Source of the DNA: Candidatus Dormiibacterota bacterium
Lineage (GTDB): Bacteria > Chloroflexota > Dormibacteria > Aeolococcales > Aeolococcaceae
Assembly (NCBI GenBank): GCA_963768105.1
Contig: CAVYGR010000003.1
Coordinates: forward strand, 331,848 to 395,847
Direction: 5' to 3'
Length of the DNA: 64,000 nucleotides
Both the position numbers and the translations under genes were made by a program. This document shows positions 9,824 through 19,420 of this stretch, piece after piece. The notes below the pieces were generated by a model. That model ran no database searches. It saw nothing but the letters and a program-made list of their open reading frames with translations, and was not told the DNA's origin. Numbering within the stretch: the first letter of the stretch is position 1; the number at the start of each line of letters is the position of its first letter.

Positions 9824-10896
9824 CGGTCGCCCAGCGCACGGTCGAGCACGTCCACGGCGTGCTCCAGCTCCGCGACCGAGACGCACTCCTCGGGGGTGTG
9901 GTCGAGGCGCGCGTCGCCGGGTCCGTACGCAACTCCCGGACAACCCCACGCGGGCACGAGCACGTTGAGGTCGGAGGTGCCGGTCTTGACCTTGAATCGT
10001 GGCGTCCCACCGGCCGCGCGGATCGCGCGAATCACGCCGCGGGCGATGGGGCTGTCACGACCGGTGCGAACGCCGGGTACTTGACTGAGGACCGTCAGCT
10101 CGCCGCCCGGGGCAGCGGATCCAGCGACCTGTAGAAGCGCCTCGACATCGCATCCGGGCGGGGTTCGCACGCCGATGTCCACGCTTGCCCGATCGACAAG
10201 GCCGTCGCTCTCCGACCCAAGTCGCAGCACGCGGACGTCGATGCAATCGAACACGCCCGCGTCGCGGTTCGATGCCCGGGCGCAATCCCTGAGGGCTCGA
10301 ACGACGTCGACGCAGCGATCGGCCGCGCTCGGTTCCGGCCCAGCGCTGTGCGCCTGCGGCTGGGTGACGCTCGCGCGCATCCGCAGGCTGCCCTTGTAGC
10401 CGATGGTCACGGCGTCCCAACCGCTCGGCTCGAGAATGACCAGGCTGTGCGGGGGAGGCATCGACGTCGCCAGATGATGCGCCCCGCTCGAGGTGGTCTC
10501 CTCTTCGACCGCCCCGATGACGACGAAACGCCGCCCACCGTCGCGCCGTTGGCGGCTGACCGCGGCGATGGCCGTCGCGAGCGGACCCTTGGCGTCGACC
10601 GCTCCTCGACCATGCAGGCGGTCGCCGTCGCGGCGGGCCTCGACGTGACCGGCGACGGTATCGAGGTGTCCGACCAGCGCGATCGTCTCCGGTCCGGCGC
10701 CCCACGCGGCGATCACGTTGCCGGCGGCATCGACATCAACGTCGAAACCGGCATCGAGGAGGCGCCAGACGAGCATCGCAGCGAGCGCATCCTCATCGCC
10801 GCTCACGCTGGGCACTGCGAGCATCGCGGTGAGGAGCTCCACGACGTCGACGCGCGTGTGCGGACGCGCCTCCGCCCAGGCACCTCGGTCACGCAT
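9820..10896 (-). CDS. lysK: [LysW]-lysine hydrolase / M20 deacetylase family
   Basis: The region after ATG 10896 of the long ORF reads as an M20 peptidase (PSVSGDE, LVGHLDTV, GRGAVDAKG, EEETTSSG). 8-nt overlap with the lysX stop. Upstream ORF sequence is shadow. Confidence 0.82.
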   Translation of the reverse strand: MRDRGAWAEARPHTRVDVVELLTAMLAVPSVSGDEDALAAMLVWRLLDAGFDVDVDAAGNVIAAWGAGPETIALVGHLDTVAGHVEARRDGDRLHGRGAVDAKGPLATAIAAVSRQRRDGGRRFVVIGAVEEETTSSGAHHLATSMPPPHSLVILEPSGWDAVTIGYKGSLRMRASVTQPQAHSAGPEPSAADRCVDVVRALRDCARASNRDAGVFDCIDVRVLRLGSESDGLVDRASVDIGVRTPPGCDVEALLQVAGSAAPGGELTVLSQVPGVRTGRDSPIARGVIRAIRAAGGTPRFKVKTGTSDLNVLVPAWGCPGVAYGPGDARLDHTPEECVSVAELEHAVDVLDRALGDR

Positions 10897-11761
10897 GAAC
10901 GGCGACCTTCGACGCCTGAGCGATCTCGGCGACGTGGTCGGCCACGTGTCCGGGGATGTCGACGCCCGTGACCTCGACCGAGTTGCGAAACTCCATCGTC
11001 GCGTTGACCTCGCTGACAAGCATGCGGTCGCCGTCCTCGAGCAGGTCGACCGCGAGCACGCCGCCACCGACCGCGTCCGCGGCTCGGAGCGCGAGCCCGC
11101 GCACCTCATCGTCGACCGCGCAGTTGCTCGTCCGTGCGCCGCGGGCGGTGTTGGTGACCCAGTGCTGGCTTTCGCGATAGATGGCGCACACCACGGCGTC
11201 ACCCACGACAAAGGCGCGGATGTCGCGACCCGGCTTGTCGACGTGGCGCTGCAGATAGAAGACGGAGTGTTCTGGCCCGCCGAGCAGCGCCTTGTGCTCG
11301 AACAGCGCCTCGGCGGCGTCGCGGTCGTTGATCCGCGCCAGCAGGCGGCCCCACGAGCCGGTGACAGGCTTGAGCACCAGCGGGAATCCCAGCTCGTCGG
11401 CCGCGCGCAGCGCACCGTCGGGGCTGAACGCAATCATGGTCGCCGGCGTGGGCAGTCCGGCCGCGTCGAGGAGTGCCGACGTATCCAGCTTGCTCGCGCA
11501 CACCGCGGCGACCGAGTGACGGTTCACGGTCGCGACCCCCCAGGATTCGAGAACTCGCAGGGCGGCAAGCCCGCGCGTTTGCGAGAGGCTGCGCTCGAGC
11601 ACGACGTCCCAGCGGCGCTGGGGCTGCGGGAGCGCCAGCGTCAGCTCGCGGTCATCGACGATCTCGACATCGACATCGCGGCGGACGAGCGCGTCCCGTA
11701 GCAGCTTCTCCTCGACTCGCATGCGCGAGCAGAGCATTCCGACTCGCAACCGGTCATTCAC
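10889..11761 (-). CDS. lysX: LysW-alpha-aminoadipate ligase (RimK/ATP-grasp)
   Basis: 290-aa ATP-grasp protein directly downstream of lysW. GTG start at 11761. Confidence 0.88.
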   Translation of the reverse strand: MNDRLRVGMLCSRMRVEEKLLRDALVRRDVDVEIVDDRELTLALPQPQRRWDVVLERSLSQTRGLAALRVLESWGVATVNRHSVAAVCASKLDTSALLDAAGLPTPATMIAFSPDGALRAADELGFPLVLKPVTGSWGRLLARINDRDAAEALFEHKALLGGPEHSVFYLQRHVDKPGRDIRAFVVGDAVVCAIYRESQHWVTNTARGARTSNCAVDDEVRGLALRAADAVGGGVLAVDLLEDGDRMLVSEVNATMEFRNSVEVTGVDIPGHVADHVAEIAQASKVAVHA

Positions 11762-11912
11762 CCCAGTCGACGTCCTCCGGCGGCGCGAGCACGAAGCGCG
11801 AGGGGTCGAGGCCGATCACCTCGAGCTCGGCGTTGCATTCGAGGCAGGTCACGACCTCGCCCCGCTCGACACCGTCGTCGAGCGCGATCCGCGCGTTGCA
11901 CTCAGGACACAT
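11754..11912 (-). CDS. lysW: amino-group carrier protein LysW
   Basis: Hand translation: MCPECNARIALDDGVERGEVVTCLECNAELEVIGLDPSRFVLAPPEDVDWGE. It has two CxxC pairs and an acidic C-terminus ending DWGE. It sits between lysU and lysX. Not in the supplied ORF track because it is under 60 aa. Confidence 0.85.
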   Translation of the reverse strand: MCPECNARIALDDGVERGEVVTCLECNAELEVIGLDPSRFVLAPPEDVDWGE

Positions 11913-12411
11913 GGTGCTCCTCCTCAAGCGCGGCCCAGCCGCCCTGTCTGATCAGTTCCAGCAGCGACCCCGCCTCGATGATGCGAAGCGCGACCCCGGA
12001 TGGCGGTTCACCTTGGAGGACGCCGGTGGGTCCGGTGATCACTCCGCCGAGAGTGTCGACGCTCACCCGATCGCCGTCGCGGAGCGCTCGATGGGCCTCC
12101 TCGCAGCGGATCACCGGCAGACCGATGTTCACCGCGTTGCGATAGAAGATGCGCGCAAAGCCGGCCGCGACCACCGCGGCGACACCGTTCTGCTTGATTG
12201 CCAGCGGCGCGTGCTCGCGAGAGCTGCCGCAGCCGAAGTTCCGCCCCGCGACGATGACGTCCCCCGGCTGCACGGTCTCGACGAAGTCGGGCCGCGCCTC
12301 GATGAGACACGCGCGCCGCAGCGCATCCGGGTCGGTCGTGACGTTGTACCGGCCCGGCATGATCGCGTCGGTGCTGATCCCGTCCCCGAGCAGGAAGACG
12401 CGGCCGCTCAC
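11902..12411 (-). CDS. lysU: homoaconitase small subunit (LeuD family)
   Basis: GTG at 12411 (GTGA overlap with the lysT stop) gives VSGRVFLLGDGISTDAIMPGRY...GRNFGCGSSREHA, the LeuD signature. Confidence 0.88.
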   Translation of the reverse strand: MSGRVFLLGDGISTDAIMPGRYNVTTDPDALRRACLIEARPDFVETVQPGDVIVAGRNFGCGSSREHAPLAIKQNGVAAVVAAGFARIFYRNAVNIGLPVIRCEEAHRALRDGDRVSVDTLGGVITGPTGVLQGEPPSGVALRIIEAGSLLELIRQGGWAALEEEHHVS

Positions 12412-13646
12412 GAGGCGGCGCCCAGGCTGACGGGGTCGGTGATCGCCCCGGTCACGGCCGATGTGGCGGCAACCGCAGGCGACGCCAGGAAGATGAGGGC
12501 GTCGGGACTGCCCATGCGGCCCGGGTAATTGCGATTGCTGGTCGACATCACTCGCTCGCCGGGACCGACCACGCCGTGCTGACGGCCCAGACACGGCCCG
12601 CACCCAGGGTTGAGCACCAGCGCGCCTGCACGCGCGAAGATCTCGATGTAGCCGGCGGTGAGCGCCTCGAGATACACGCCGCGCGACGCCGGCACGACGA
12701 TGGTGCGGGTGCGAGGGTGGACGGTTCGCCCGGTGAGGATCGCCGCCGCCACCGCGAGGTCGCTGAGACGGCCGTTGGTGCAGCTGCCGATGAAGACCTC
12801 GTCGAGCGGCGTGCCCGCGACCTCGTCGATGTCGTGGACGTTGTCGATCGCCGGATGCACCGCAATCTGCGGACGCAGCGCGCCGGCGTCGATCAACAGC
12901 GTCCGTGCGTAGGCGGGACGCACCGGGTGCAGGTCGACGTCCTCGCCGCCGGCGTGGCGCTGGGCCACCTCGTCGGGCTCGACCAACCCGGTCTTGGCGC
13001 CGAAATCCGTGCTCAGGTTGCACAAGGTCAGGCGCTCCTCCACGCTCATGGCCCGCACCGCCTCGCCGGTCCATTCCACCGCGCAGTAGTCGGCGCCGTC
13101 GGCGCCGAGCTGCCGGATCGCATGGAGCGCGAGATCCTTGGCGTACACGCCGTCCGGCAGTGCTCCGCGCACGTCGATGCGCACCGTCTCGGGAATGCGA
13201 AACCAGGTCTTGCCCGTGGCGAACACCACGCCGATGTCGGTGGAGCCCAGCCCCGTGGCAAAGCAGCCGAGACCGCCGTACGTCGTGCTGTGCGAGTCGG
13301 CCCCGACCACGATCCCACCCGGCCGGGCCAGCCCACGGTCGACCATGACCTGGTGACAGATGCCTTCGGCGAAGAGGTTGGTGATCGAGTGCTCCACACA
13401 GAACTCCCGGATCACCCGATGCAACTCCGCCGCCGCGACCGTGTTGGCGGGCATCACATGGTCGAAGTTGAAGACGATCCGGGTCGCGTCCCACAGCGGC
13501 GATCCAAGCCGGCGGAACGCCTCGATGGCGAGCGGGCCGGTCACGTCGTGCGCCATCGCAACGTCCACCTCGGCGATCACCGTGTCGCCCGCCTGGACCG
13601 TCCGTCCAAGCCGGCGGCTGAACAACTCCTCGGTCAGTGTTCCCAT
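12408..13646 (-). CDS. lysT: homoaconitase large subunit (LeuC family)
   Basis: 412-aa aconitase-family large subunit (AHDVTGP, GADSHT-like GADSHSTTYG, IGSCTNGR, PGCGPCLG). Confidence 0.9.
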   Translation of the reverse strand: MGTLTEELFSRRLGRTVQAGDTVIAEVDVAMAHDVTGPLAIEAFRRLGSPLWDATRIVFNFDHVMPANTVAAAELHRVIREFCVEHSITNLFAEGICHQVMVDRGLARPGGIVVGADSHSTTYGGLGCFATGLGSTDIGVVFATGKTWFRIPETVRIDVRGALPDGVYAKDLALHAIRQLGADGADYCAVEWTGEAVRAMSVEERLTLCNLSTDFGAKTGLVEPDEVAQRHAGGEDVDLHPVRPAYARTLLIDAGALRPQIAVHPAIDNVHDIDEVAGTPLDEVFIGSCTNGRLSDLAVAAAILTGRTVHPRTRTIVVPASRGVYLEALTAGYIEIFARAGALVLNPGCGPCLGRQHGVVGPGERVMSTSNRNYPGRMGSPDALIFLASPAVAATSAVTGAITDPVSLGAAS

Positions 13647-13655
13647 CTCTGGCTC

Positions 13656-14783
13656 CTAGGTCCGCGCCCAGCTGACGATCAAGGCGTCGAGCGCGGCCGT
13701 GTCCAGCGGCCCGGCATCGCCGCGTCGCTTCACCTCGGCGGTGAGACGTCGCAGGCGGTCCTCGTCGAGGTCGACCCCCAGCCTCGACGCCCGATCGCCG
13801 ACGGCGTGGCGCCCGGTCAGACGATGGCCGGCGAGGATGCTCCGCTCTCTGCCGAATCGCGCCGGGTCGAGCACCTCATACGCCCCGGGGTCGACGAGGA
13901 CGGCCTTCGTGTGCATGCCGGCCTTGTGATGGAAGGCCGTCGGCGCGGTCACCGCGGCGTTGAAGGGGATCGCCACCCCGAGGATCTCGGCGAGCATCGC
14001 ATCGAGGTCGGGCAGCATCTCGAGCCGGTAGTGCTCGACCAGCTCGGGTTGCAGCGTGTGCAACCGCGCCATCATCGACGAGAGGGGCACGATGCCGTTG
14101 CGTTCCCCGATGCCGAGGATCGTCGTGTCGATGTGGGTCGCTCCCGCCTCGAGCGCCGCGAGCGCGTTTGCGACGGCGCACCCGGTGTCGTCGTGCGCGT
14201 GGAACTCGATGTCACAGCCGACCGCGCGGCGGACCCGAGCGACCAGATCGTGGACCTGCGAGGGCGTTGCCACCCCGACGGTGTCGGCGAGCCCGACGCG
14301 GTCGACGCCGGCCCGGTCGATGGCGGTGTAGATGCGGAGCAGATCGTCCGGGTCGGAGCGGAAGGAGTCCTCGGTGCTGAACCTCGCCTCGCGACCCGCC
14401 CCGCGGATCTCGGCCACCACCTCGCTGCCGATCTCGATGATCTCGTCGATGCTCAGACCGTGCGAGGCGAGGCGCAGCCGCGATGAGGTCGCGATCAGCA
14501 CGTCGACGCCGTCGACACCGGTGTCGATCGCAAGCCGTGCGTCGTCGAGGTTGCAGCGGATATGCGTGAGCAGCCGGAAGCGTCGCTCGGTCATGGCGAT
14601 CCGGCGGAGATCGGCCTCCGAGCTGGGCGACGCGACCGGCGAGGTGAGCTCCATGTAGTCCGCCCCGAAGCGATCGAGCGCGGAGGCGATGGCGAGCTTC
14701 TGCTCGATCGTGAAATGGGCGAGGGCGAACTGCTCGCCCTCGCGAAGCGTGCTGTCGATGATCCGAAACGAGGTGATGTTCAT
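13656..14783 (-). CDS. hcs: homocitrate synthase
   Basis: 375 aa. IIDSTLREGEQ and HAHDDTGCAVANALAA motifs of the HCS/IPMS family, without the LeuA regulatory domain. First gene of the lys operon. Confidence 0.88.
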   Translation of the reverse strand: MNITSFRIIDSTLREGEQFALAHFTIEQKLAIASALDRFGADYMELTSPVASPSSEADLRRIAMTERRFRLLTHIRCNLDDARLAIDTGVDGVDVLIATSSRLRLASHGLSIDEIIEIGSEVVAEIRGAGREARFSTEDSFRSDPDDLLRIYTAIDRAGVDRVGLADTVGVATPSQVHDLVARVRRAVGCDIEFHAHDDTGCAVANALAALEAGATHIDTTILGIGERNGIVPLSSMMARLHTLQPELVEHYRLEMLPDLDAMLAEILGVAIPFNAAVTAPTAFHHKAGMHTKAVLVDPGAYEVLDPARFGRERSILAGHRLTGRHAVGDRASRLGVDLDEDRLRRLTAEVKRRGDAGPLDTAALDALIVSWART

Positions 14784-14815
14784 GTCGTCCGTAATGTGCT
14801 GGTGGACAAAAAGAA

Positions 14816-14840
14816 AGAGCCCCTTCGGGGAAGGGGCTCT
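14816..14840 (-). terminator. intrinsic-terminator-like hairpin in the lys operon leader (candidate attenuator)
   Basis: Minus strand reads AGAGCCCCTTC-CCC-GAAGGGGCTCT followed by TTCTTTTTG. It ends 32 nt upstream of the hcs ATG. There is no upstream minus-strand gene it could terminate. Confidence 0.5.
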
Positions 14841-15037
14841 TCGCGGAATCTGATCCGGCGCTACGCGGACGCCGTCACTTCAAACGTGCGCAGATGAACC
14901 CACTCCTCGAGAGCGAGCGGGTTTTTTTGGCGAAGTGGACGGATGTCTGCACGACCGCAGCAGCGTAGCAGCGCCCGGAGCATCGCGTCAAGGCCAAGCG
15001 GTGCGCGTCCGTCCGCGGCGAGCGATGATCGTGGTAC

Positions 15038-16103
15038 ATGGTGTGGGCTATGTCGAGATTCCGCCGCGCATCGCTCGGCGCGGGGTTCGGGTACTCGCCG
15101 GGCGAGCAGCCGGCAGATGCGGACGGGTGGCTGAAGCTGAACACCAACGAGTTGCCGCTGCCGCCGTCGTCGCACGTTGCCGCGGCGGTCGCCGCCGCGG
15201 CAGCCGACCTGGCTCGCTATCCCGATCCATCAGCGGAGCCGCTGCGCTCCGCGCTCGCCCGCTATCACGGCGTTGCACCGACGCAGGTCTTTGTGGCCAA
15301 CGGCGCCGACCAGGTGCTCGATTGCCTGTATCGAGCCTTCGCCTCACCCGGCGACACGGTGGTCCGGACCGACCCCGGGTACTCGCTGCTGCCGGTGCTC
15401 GCCGCGCTCTTCTCGGCACGCGACGTGGCGGTGTCGCTGGCGCCCGACGGTGCCCTGCCGTCAGGGTTCGCAACCGAGCCCGGCGTGGTCCGCGTGATCG
15501 TGAATCCCAACTCCCCGACCGGACGCTGGATCGAACCCACGGAACTCGAGACAGCGTTGCAAGGAGCTGCAGGGATCGTAGCCGTCGACGAGGCCTACTG
15601 CGACTTCGCCCCCGGGTCATGTGTCGGCCTACTGCGTTCGCACCCGAACTGGGTGATCGTCCGGACCCTGTCGAAGTCGCATGCCCTCGCCGGGCTGAGG
15701 GTTGGATACGCGCTCGCCGCTTCCGATGTCATCGACGACCTCCTCGCGGTGAAGGAACTCGTACCCCGTCGATCGCTGTGCCATCGCCGGCGCGATCGCG
15801 GCACTCGACGACGAGGGCCATCACCGCCGCATCGTCGATACGGTCGTGCACGAGCGCTCGCGATTGACAGACGGACTGCGAGACCTCGGCTGGGACGTGG
15901 CACCGTCGGGAGCGAACTTCATCTTCGCGCGGCCGCCCTCGTGGACAACCGCCGCCGCGGTGGCCGGGCGTCTGCGTGACCAGCGAATCCTCGTACGCCA
16001 TTTCGACGTCCCCGGGCTCGACGACCGGCTCCGGATCAGCGTCGGTGATCGGGCGGCGGTGGACCATGTGCTCGCCGCGGTTGGTGAGATGCAGCCCGCG
16101 TGA
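15038..16103 (+). pseudogene. hisC: histidinol-phosphate aminotransferase, apparent +1 frame break near 15758
   Basis: The N-terminal 240 codons are in one frame (LNTNELP, NPNSPTG, TLSKSHALAGLRVGY). The C-terminus continues in another frame (SYPVDRCAIAGAIAALDDEGHHRRIV...FIFARP...LRISVG). One extra base lies between codons KE and SYPVD. Confidence 0.8.
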
Positions 16104-16174
16104 CGTCCGCGGTCCCGCGCGCGGCCGCTCGGGTCCAAGATCGGGAAATCCTGACCGGCCCGTAGAATCCGCCC

Positions 16175-17425
16175 ATGACAGGCCTCGATGCGGTGCCGCC
16201 CGGTGCGCGAGCGCTCGGTCGCGCGGATGGATTCGGCGATTGGCTGATGGGCTCGGCGGCCGCTCGCCGTCGGCTCACCGACCGTTTCATCGACACCTTC
16301 GAGTCGTGGGGGTACGGCTTCATCGTCACCCCGCTCATCGAGCCGCTCGACACCATCGCGGCGGGGGTGAACGCCGCCCGTCAGTCGGGCCTCTTCCGCT
16401 TCATGGACTCCGACGGCGCCCTGCTCGCGCTCGTCGGTGAGCGAACCGTCAGCGTTGCCCGTGTGGTCGCGACGCAGCTCCACGACGGACCATTCCCGCT
16501 GCGGCTCTGCTACGCCGGGGCGGTGCTGCGCAACCAGGCGCTCAACACAGGACGGCGGCGCGAGAGCCTGCAGGCGGGCTGCGAGCTGGTGGGCGCCACC
16601 GGGCTCGCTGCCGATGCCGAGTGCATCGCGCTCGCCGCGTCGGCCCTCGAGCGAGGCGGTGTCCATCACGTGCAGGTCGATGTCGGCCATGCCGACTTCA
16701 TCCCCGGATTGCTCGACTCCGCCGGACTCGACGAGGCCGCACGTGATGCCGTCCTGGGCGCGCTCGCCAGGCGCGACCTCGTCTCGGTCGAAGCGGCGCT
16801 CGAAGGTACCGATGTGGCCGACGCCGAGCGCCGCCTCCTGCTCGCATTTCCGACGCTGCGCGGCGGACGTGAGATCCTCGACACCGCGGCGAGCGGTCTC
16901 CATGGTGAGCGTCCCACGCGCGCGCTGCGCGAGCTTGCGCAACTCTGGGACCTGCTCGAGGCGCACGCGATCACCGACCGCGTGCATCTCGACCTCGGCG
17001 CGGTCCGCGACTGGGACTACTACACCGGCCCGACCTTCGAGGTGTTCAGCGAGGACTCCGGGTTTGCCCTCGGCGCCGGCGGGCGGTACGACACACTGCT
17101 CTCGCGGTTCGGCGCCGCGCTCCCGGCCACCGGCTTCGTGCTCCATGTCGATCGCTGTCACGACAGCATCGGGCGCCGTGACGGCGCGGGACCGGCACCC
17201 GCGGCGCTCGGCATCAGCTGGGACTCGGCTGACGCACAACCGATCGCGCTCGACGCCGCTCGCAGGCTGCGCGAGCGTGGCGTCGCGTGTGCATGCAATC
17301 TCTTGCCGGGCGGTGATGGCGCCCTGCGCGTGACCGCGAACGGCGCGTTCTGGTCGAACCATGGCAGCGACGAACGCGGCACCGTCGACGCGGCGGTGCA
17401 CGCGCTGTCCCAGCGCGAACTATGA
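16175..17425 (+). CDS. hisZ: ATP phosphoribosyltransferase regulatory subunit (HisRS-like)
   Basis: 416-aa class-II aaRS-like protein immediately upstream of a short-form hisG, with an ATGA overlap. Confidence 0.8.
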   Translation: MTGLDAVPPGARALGRADGFGDWLMGSAAARRRLTDRFIDTFESWGYGFIVTPLIEPLDTIAAGVNAARQSGLFRFMDSDGALLALVGERTVSVARVVATQLHDGPFPLRLCYAGAVLRNQALNTGRRRESLQAGCELVGATGLAADAECIALAASALERGGVHHVQVDVGHADFIPGLLDSAGLDEAARDAVLGALARRDLVSVEAALEGTDVADAERRLLLAFPTLRGGREILDTAASGLHGERPTRALRELAQLWDLLEAHAITDRVHLDLGAVRDWDYYTGPTFEVFSEDSGFALGAGGRYDTLLSRFGAALPATGFVLHVDRCHDSIGRRDGAGPAPAALGISWDSADAQPIALDAARRLRERGVACACNLLPGGDGALRVTANGAFWSNHGSDERGTVDAAVHALSQREL

Positions 17426-18075
17426 ACGGTCTTCGCATCGCGCTGCCGGGAGGCACGCTGCTCGAGGGAGCCTGCGCACTGCTCGACAGCGCAGGTATGG
17501 TGCGCCTCGACCCGAGCCGTTTCGACCGCGAGCTGAGCATCACCGAGGCGGGTGCGTCCTACGTCAAGGTGCGCCCGACCGACGTTCCCGTGTATGTGGA
17601 GATGGGCGCGTGCGAGTGCGGCATCGTCGGCAAGGACGTGCTCTGGGAGAGCAGCCGCGAGTGCTACGAGCTCGCCGATCTCCGCTTCGGGATGTGCCGC
17701 CTGGTGCTCGCCGCGCCGCGCGATTCTCCGCTCGCGAAGGGCGCATGGCCTGCGTCGTTGCGCGTTGCGACCAAATATCCGGAGGCGGCTCGCCGGTTCT
17801 TCGACGCGCGCTCGGTCAACGCCGTGCTCATCCGGCTCCACGGTTCGGTGGAGCTCGCGCCCGCGACAGGGCTCGCCGACTGCGTCCTCGACATCACCGC
17901 GACCGGTCGGACCCTGGCGACCAACGGCCTCGTCGAGGTCGCAGAGGCGGGGGTGTCCACGGCCCGGCTGATCGCCAACGTCGCGGCGCTGAAGACGCGC
18001 AACCGGGCGGTCGGGGACCTCGCGGCATCGCTGCGGCGCGCCGCGGCGTCGCGCCGCAGCGAGGGCGCCGCATGA
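17422..18075 (+). CDS. hisG: ATP phosphoribosyltransferase, short form
   Basis: 217 aa. LRIALPGGTL...YVKVRPTDVPVYVEMG...GIVGKD signature. Confidence 0.9.
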   Translation: MNGLRIALPGGTLLEGACALLDSAGMVRLDPSRFDRELSITEAGASYVKVRPTDVPVYVEMGACECGIVGKDVLWESSRECYELADLRFGMCRLVLAAPRDSPLAKGAWPASLRVATKYPEAARRFFDARSVNAVLIRLHGSVELAPATGLADCVLDITATGRTLATNGLVEVAEAGVSTARLIANVAALKTRNRAVGDLAASLRRAAASRRSEGAA

Positions 18076-19415
18076 GCATCGAGCTGGCACGCCTGAACTC
18101 GCGGCAGTTCCAGGCGCTGATTCGCGAGCGTGAACGCGAGGGCTTCATCACGCCGGCGCTCGACCTCGCGAGCCAGCGCCGGCTCGCGGGAATCTTCGGG
18201 CGAGACATCAGCGCGCGTGACGCCGTGCGCGAGATCGTCGCCGACGTTCGCGCCCGCGGTGATGCCGCACTCCGCGAGTGGACGTCGCGAATCGATGGAG
18301 TCGACGTCACGACAGCGCACATTGCGCCGGCAGCGCTGGAGGAGGCGTGGCAGCGCCTCGAGCAACCGGTGCGCAATGCGCTGGTGGCGGCCGCGCAGCG
18401 CCTGCGGGAGTTCCACGAGCTGCAGGTGGATGTCACCGATCGCGGCGCGGGCGGCGCCTGGCTGCGTCCGGTACCGCTGAGTCGGGTCGGGTGCTACGTG
18501 CCGGGAGGACGCGCGGCGTATCCGAGCACCGTGCTCATGTCGGTGATTCCAGCCCAGGTGGCAGGTGTCGAGCGAATCGTGATCACCAGCCCACCTGCGG
18601 CCGGCGGTGGTGTACATCCGCTGGTGGCCGCATCGGCGCACCTGCTCGGCATCACCGAAGTCATCGCGGCCGGTGGGGCCCAGGCGATCGCGGCACTGGC
18701 GTATGGCACCGCGAGCATCGACCGGGTGGACAAGCTCGTCGGGCCGGGCAACGCCTTCGTCACCCTCGCCAAGCACGAGGTCTTCGGTGCGGTCGGCATC
18801 GACCAGCTGGCCGGACCGAGCGAGATCCTCGTCATCGCCTCCGCCGGCGCGGATGCCGAGCTGATCGTAGCGGACCTGGTCTCCCAGCTCGAGCACGATC
18901 CACTGGCGTGGGCCGTGTGTCTGACCGACGATGCGTCGCTCGCCGCGTCGATCCCGACACGTTTCAGCGACGTCGCGGGCGAGGCGGCGCGGAGCGCGAT
19001 CATCGCGATGGCCGCCGGGACACACGCCGCGGTGGTGCGCTGCGACTCGCTCGATGAGTGCCTCGTGCTGGCGGCCGGCTTTGCGCCGGAGCACCTTTCC
19101 CTCCAGGGAGCGGCCGCCGAGGGTTTGCACGAGCGGGTTCGCAATGCGGGCGCGGTGTTCATCGGCGCGATGTCACCGGTGAGCATCGGCGATTACGTGG
19201 CGGGACCGAACCACACGCTGCCGACCCAGGGCGCCGCCCGCTACCGCGGACCCCTCGCGGTGATGGACTTCGTGCGCTGGCCGAGCTTCGTGCGGCTGTC
19301 GCCCGAGGAGTTCGATGCGCTGGCCCCGGTGGCGACGTCCCTTGCCCACGCCGAGGGTTTGCAGGCCCACGCGGCGGCGATCCAGGCACGCATCGGCATG
19401 CGCGAGCGGACGTGA
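18072..19415 (+). CDS. hisD: histidinol dehydrogenase
   Basis: ATG at 18072 (ATGA overlap with hisG). Blocks read: GGRAAYPSTVLM, QLAGPSEILVIA, EHL. Confidence 0.92.
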   Translation: MSIELARLNSRQFQALIREREREGFITPALDLASQRRLAGIFGRDISARDAVREIVADVRARGDAALREWTSRIDGVDVTTAHIAPAALEEAWQRLEQPVRNALVAAAQRLREFHELQVDVTDRGAGGAWLRPVPLSRVGCYVPGGRAAYPSTVLMSVIPAQVAGVERIVITSPPAAGGGVHPLVAASAHLLGITEVIAAGGAQAIAALAYGTASIDRVDKLVGPGNAFVTLAKHEVFGAVGIDQLAGPSEILVIASAGADAELIVADLVSQLEHDPLAWAVCLTDDASLAASIPTRFSDVAGEAARSAIIAMAAGTHAAVVRCDSLDECLVLAAGFAPEHLSLQGAAAEGLHERVRNAGAVFIGAMSPVSIGDYVAGPNHTLPTQGAARYRGPLAVMDFVRWPSFVRLSPEEFDALAPVATSLAHAEGLQAHAAAIQARIGMRERT

Positions 19416-19420
19416 CTCCG

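Noticed and set aside
14784-15037. Possible lysine riboswitch (L-box) in the lys operon leader.
   Set aside because: I could not find the conserved L-box core elements, such as the AGAGGCGC-type 5' segment and the GCCGAAG / CTGTCA-type segments. An Infernal scan is still needed for certainty.
15037-15040. A longer 54-aa version of the lys leader ORF starting at the ATG on the minus strand at 15039, whose CATG is shared with the hisC ATG.
   Set aside because: It would require the lys leader transcript to start inside hisC. The shorter GTG-initiated version is more plausible, but both remain speculative.
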